Below, one piece after another: positions 35,327 to 37,666 of a stretch of 37,666 bases of DNA. Source of the stretch: Octopus bimaculoides (taxonomy: Eukaryota). Made by a program: the position numbers and the translations under genes. Position 1 is the stretch's first letter, and each line of letters starts with the position of its first letter. Under the pieces are notes generated by a model, which did no database searches, was not told the origin of the DNA, and was given only the letters and a program-made list of their open reading frames with translations. The DNA lies in contig NC_068992.1 in the NCBI RefSeq assembly GCF_001194135.2, positions 11,529,700 through 11,567,365 of the forward strand, given 5' to 3'.

Positions 35327-35698
35327 TACTCTCTTTAACTTTTACTTGTTTCAGTCATTTGACTGCGGCCATGCTGGAGCACCGCCTTTTAGTCGAATCA
35401 AATCGACCCCAGGACTTATTCTTTGTAAGCTTAGTACTTATTCTATCAGTCTCTTTTGCCGAACCGCTAAGTTACGGGGACCTAAACACACCAGCATCGG
35501 TTGTCAAGCAATGTTGGGGNNNNNNNNNNTATACAACAGGCTTCTTTCAGTTTCCGTCTACCAAATCCACTCACAAGGCCTTGGTCAGCCCGAGGCTATA
35601 GTAGAAGACACTTGCCCAAGATGCCACACAGTGGGACTGAACCCGGAACCATGTGGTTGGTAAGCAAGCTACTTACCACACAGCCACTCCTGCGCCTA
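35327..35698 (-). mobile_element. tRNA-derived SINE family B, near-complete, CpG-preserved (young) copy
   Basis: The minus-strand head AGGCGCAGGAGTGGCTGTGTGGTAAGTAGC..GGTTCCGGGTTCAGTCCC has A- and B-box-like motifs. The central microsatellite is in the gap, and the tail is (AAAAGAGT)-like. Confidence 0.9.
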
Positions 35699-35774
35699 AA
35701 TGGTGACCTTTATTTACAAACCGTTTGCACATGTCAAAAGAGAGTGACACTTAGATATTCATGCATGTACATAT

Positions 35775-36121
35775 ACTCTTTTACTCTCTCTTTTACTCTT
35801 TTACTTGTTTCAGTCATTTGACTGCGGCCATGCTGGAGCACCACCTTTAGACGAGCAAATCGACCTCTGGACTTATTCTTTGTAAGCCTAGTACTTATTC
35901 TATCAGTCCCTTAGCCTGAACTGCTAAGTTATGGGGATGTAAACACACCGACATTGGTTGTCAACTCATGGGGTGGAGAACAAACACAGACACAATGATA
36001 CACAAGTAAATATGTACCATGGGCTTCTTTCAGTTTCCATCTACAAAATCCACTCACAAGGCATTGATCAGCCCAACGCTATAACAAAGGATGTTTGCCC
36101 AGGGTGCCATGCATTGGGACT
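35775..36121 (-). mobile_element. SINE family B copy lacking the head, more decayed
   Basis: Colinear with 35327-35640, with many CpG to TpG/CpA changes. Confidence 0.9.
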
Positions 36122-36698
36122 ATATTATATATACATATATATATATATATATGTATATACATACATACATTCATACATACATACATACGCACATATATAT
36201 ATTTATATATATATATAAATATGTATGTATGTGTATGTATAAATATATATACATGCACATATATATATATATATATATATATACGTGCACATATATATAT
36301 ATACTAACATATATATATATATATATANNNNNNNNNNNNNNNNNNNNNNNNNNNNNNNNNNNNNNNNNNNNNNNNNNNNNNNNNNNNNNNNNNNNNNNNN
36401 NNNNNNNNNNNNNNNNNNNNNNNNNNNNNNNNNNNNNNNNNNNNNNNNNNNNNNNNNNNNNNNNNNNNNNNNNNNNNNNNNNNNNNNNNNNNNNNNNNNN
36501 NNNNNNNNNNNNNNNNNNNNNNNNNNNNNNNNNNNNNNNNNNNNNNNNNNNNNNNNNNNNNNNNNNNNNNNNNNNNNNNNNNNNNNNNNNNNNNNNNNNN
36601 NNNNNNNNNNNNNNNNNNNNNNNNNNNNNNNNNNNNNNNNNNNNNNNNNNNNNNNNNNNNNNNNNNNNNNNNNNNNNNNNNNNNNNNNNNNNNNNNNN

Positions 36699-36811
36699 GA
36701 GCGAAGCTCGAAACGTCAAAGACTTTCTCTATTCCCGAGCGTTAAACTAATACATCCATTTGTTGTTTACACCACCTGTCTTCGTCTGTTGTTTTTTGCG
36801 TAAATTCTCCC

Positions 36812-36812
<1 letters not shown>
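36699..36812 (+). mobile_element. Possible Penelope-like element terminal fragment with a partial minimal hammerhead ribozyme motif
   Basis: GAGC-GAA-GCTC hairpin, then GAAA and CGTC, at the gap edge. The segment is CpG-rich and ends in (TA)n. The 5' CUGANGA core cannot be seen because of the N-gap. Confidence 0.45.
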
Positions 36813-36854
<42 letters not shown>

Positions 36855-37549
36855 TATAGATAAAGATATAGATATATATGTAGTAATTTTAATTCCATAT
36901 ATATGTGTGTGTTTGTGGTACTTTTCAAATGTATAGCAAAGGCTGCATAAATATTTCCCCTCCTCCTGTCACTTCCAGCAGCAACACTCATGCCATTGTC
37001 CAATGCTATCAGAAAATGATCTATTGTTTTGAGAGTGATAACAATGGGATTGGTATTTGTTCAGTAATATCTTTCTCAACATTTTTCTCAGCCAAGTTAA
37101 TTACAAACATGACTCCAAAGAAACAGAATGAAAGTAGGCAATGAACAGCAACAACAACAACAACAATAATAATAAAAATAATATTAATGATAATAATTAT
37201 AATAATAAAAATAATAGGGTATACACTCGAACAAGGAAAGGTTACTTACTGACAAAGATAGTCCGGAGCAATTAGATACTTTTAGACAGTTGGATAATAC
37301 ATTGATAGCAGTAGATATAAATAATCTCTTGGGTAAATTTATGATTCAGGAGAGTCAATTTATACTCAACACTTAAATGCCAAATAAAGTGTTACTCGGC
37401 CCTTTAACAGTGCTGCCAGACTTAATATAAGACTGGGTTGAATCAATATCCAAATATAAACTTGAAGTGAAAATACATTTCTCTTTGCTATTAATACATT
37501 TTGCCCCTCATGTGAATCTACACTAGCATATATACATATATATATGTAA

Positions 37550-37601
37550 CGATAAAGATAAACAGATAGTTAGATAGATAAATAGATAGATAAATAGATA
37601 A

Positions 37602-37632
<31 letters not shown>
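37550..37632. repeat. (GATA)n microsatellite
   Basis: Visible run. Confidence 0.95.
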
Positions 37633-37666
37633 CACACACACATGCTTATTTATATATATATACATA

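Noticed and set aside
35640-35698. tRNA gene
   Set aside because: The A/B boxes belong to a SINE head that continues into the repeat body; no full cloverleaf is evident.

Overview
AT-rich, microsatellite-dense animal genomic DNA from a gapped draft assembly (nine N-gaps). The SINE-like repeat families and extreme simple-repeat load suggest an octopus; this is inference from recalled repeat sequences, not a search. No complete gene is visible, and almost all supplied ORFs are artefacts of microsatellites or N-runs. Decayed fragments of four autonomous element types are recognisable by translation. These are a HERO-type restriction-like-endonuclease (RLE) retrotransposon 3' end (~1.6-2.2 kb), two different R4/Dong-type RLE 3' ends abutting (TAA)n arrays (~4.8-5.1 kb and ~22.8-23.0 kb), an RTE-clade LINE C-terminus (~15.4-15.7 kb), and an internally deleted mariner (~11.9-12.6 kb). 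There are many copies of two tRNA-headed SINE-like families and of an RTE-tailed non-autonomous element. An unclassified non-coding element has its 3' end at a (TAA)n array in both of its copies. Two isolated candidate coding exons lie on opposite strands (14836-14958 minus; 32901-32995 plus); I cannot name their products. Other leads are a partial Penelope-type minimal hammerhead motif at a gap edge (36699) and an AP-1 heptamer minisatellite (32465-32609). I see no firm evidence of a novel multi-gene system. The best lead is a possible (TAA)n-targeting retroelement group: R4/Dong copies plus a non-autonomous partner.
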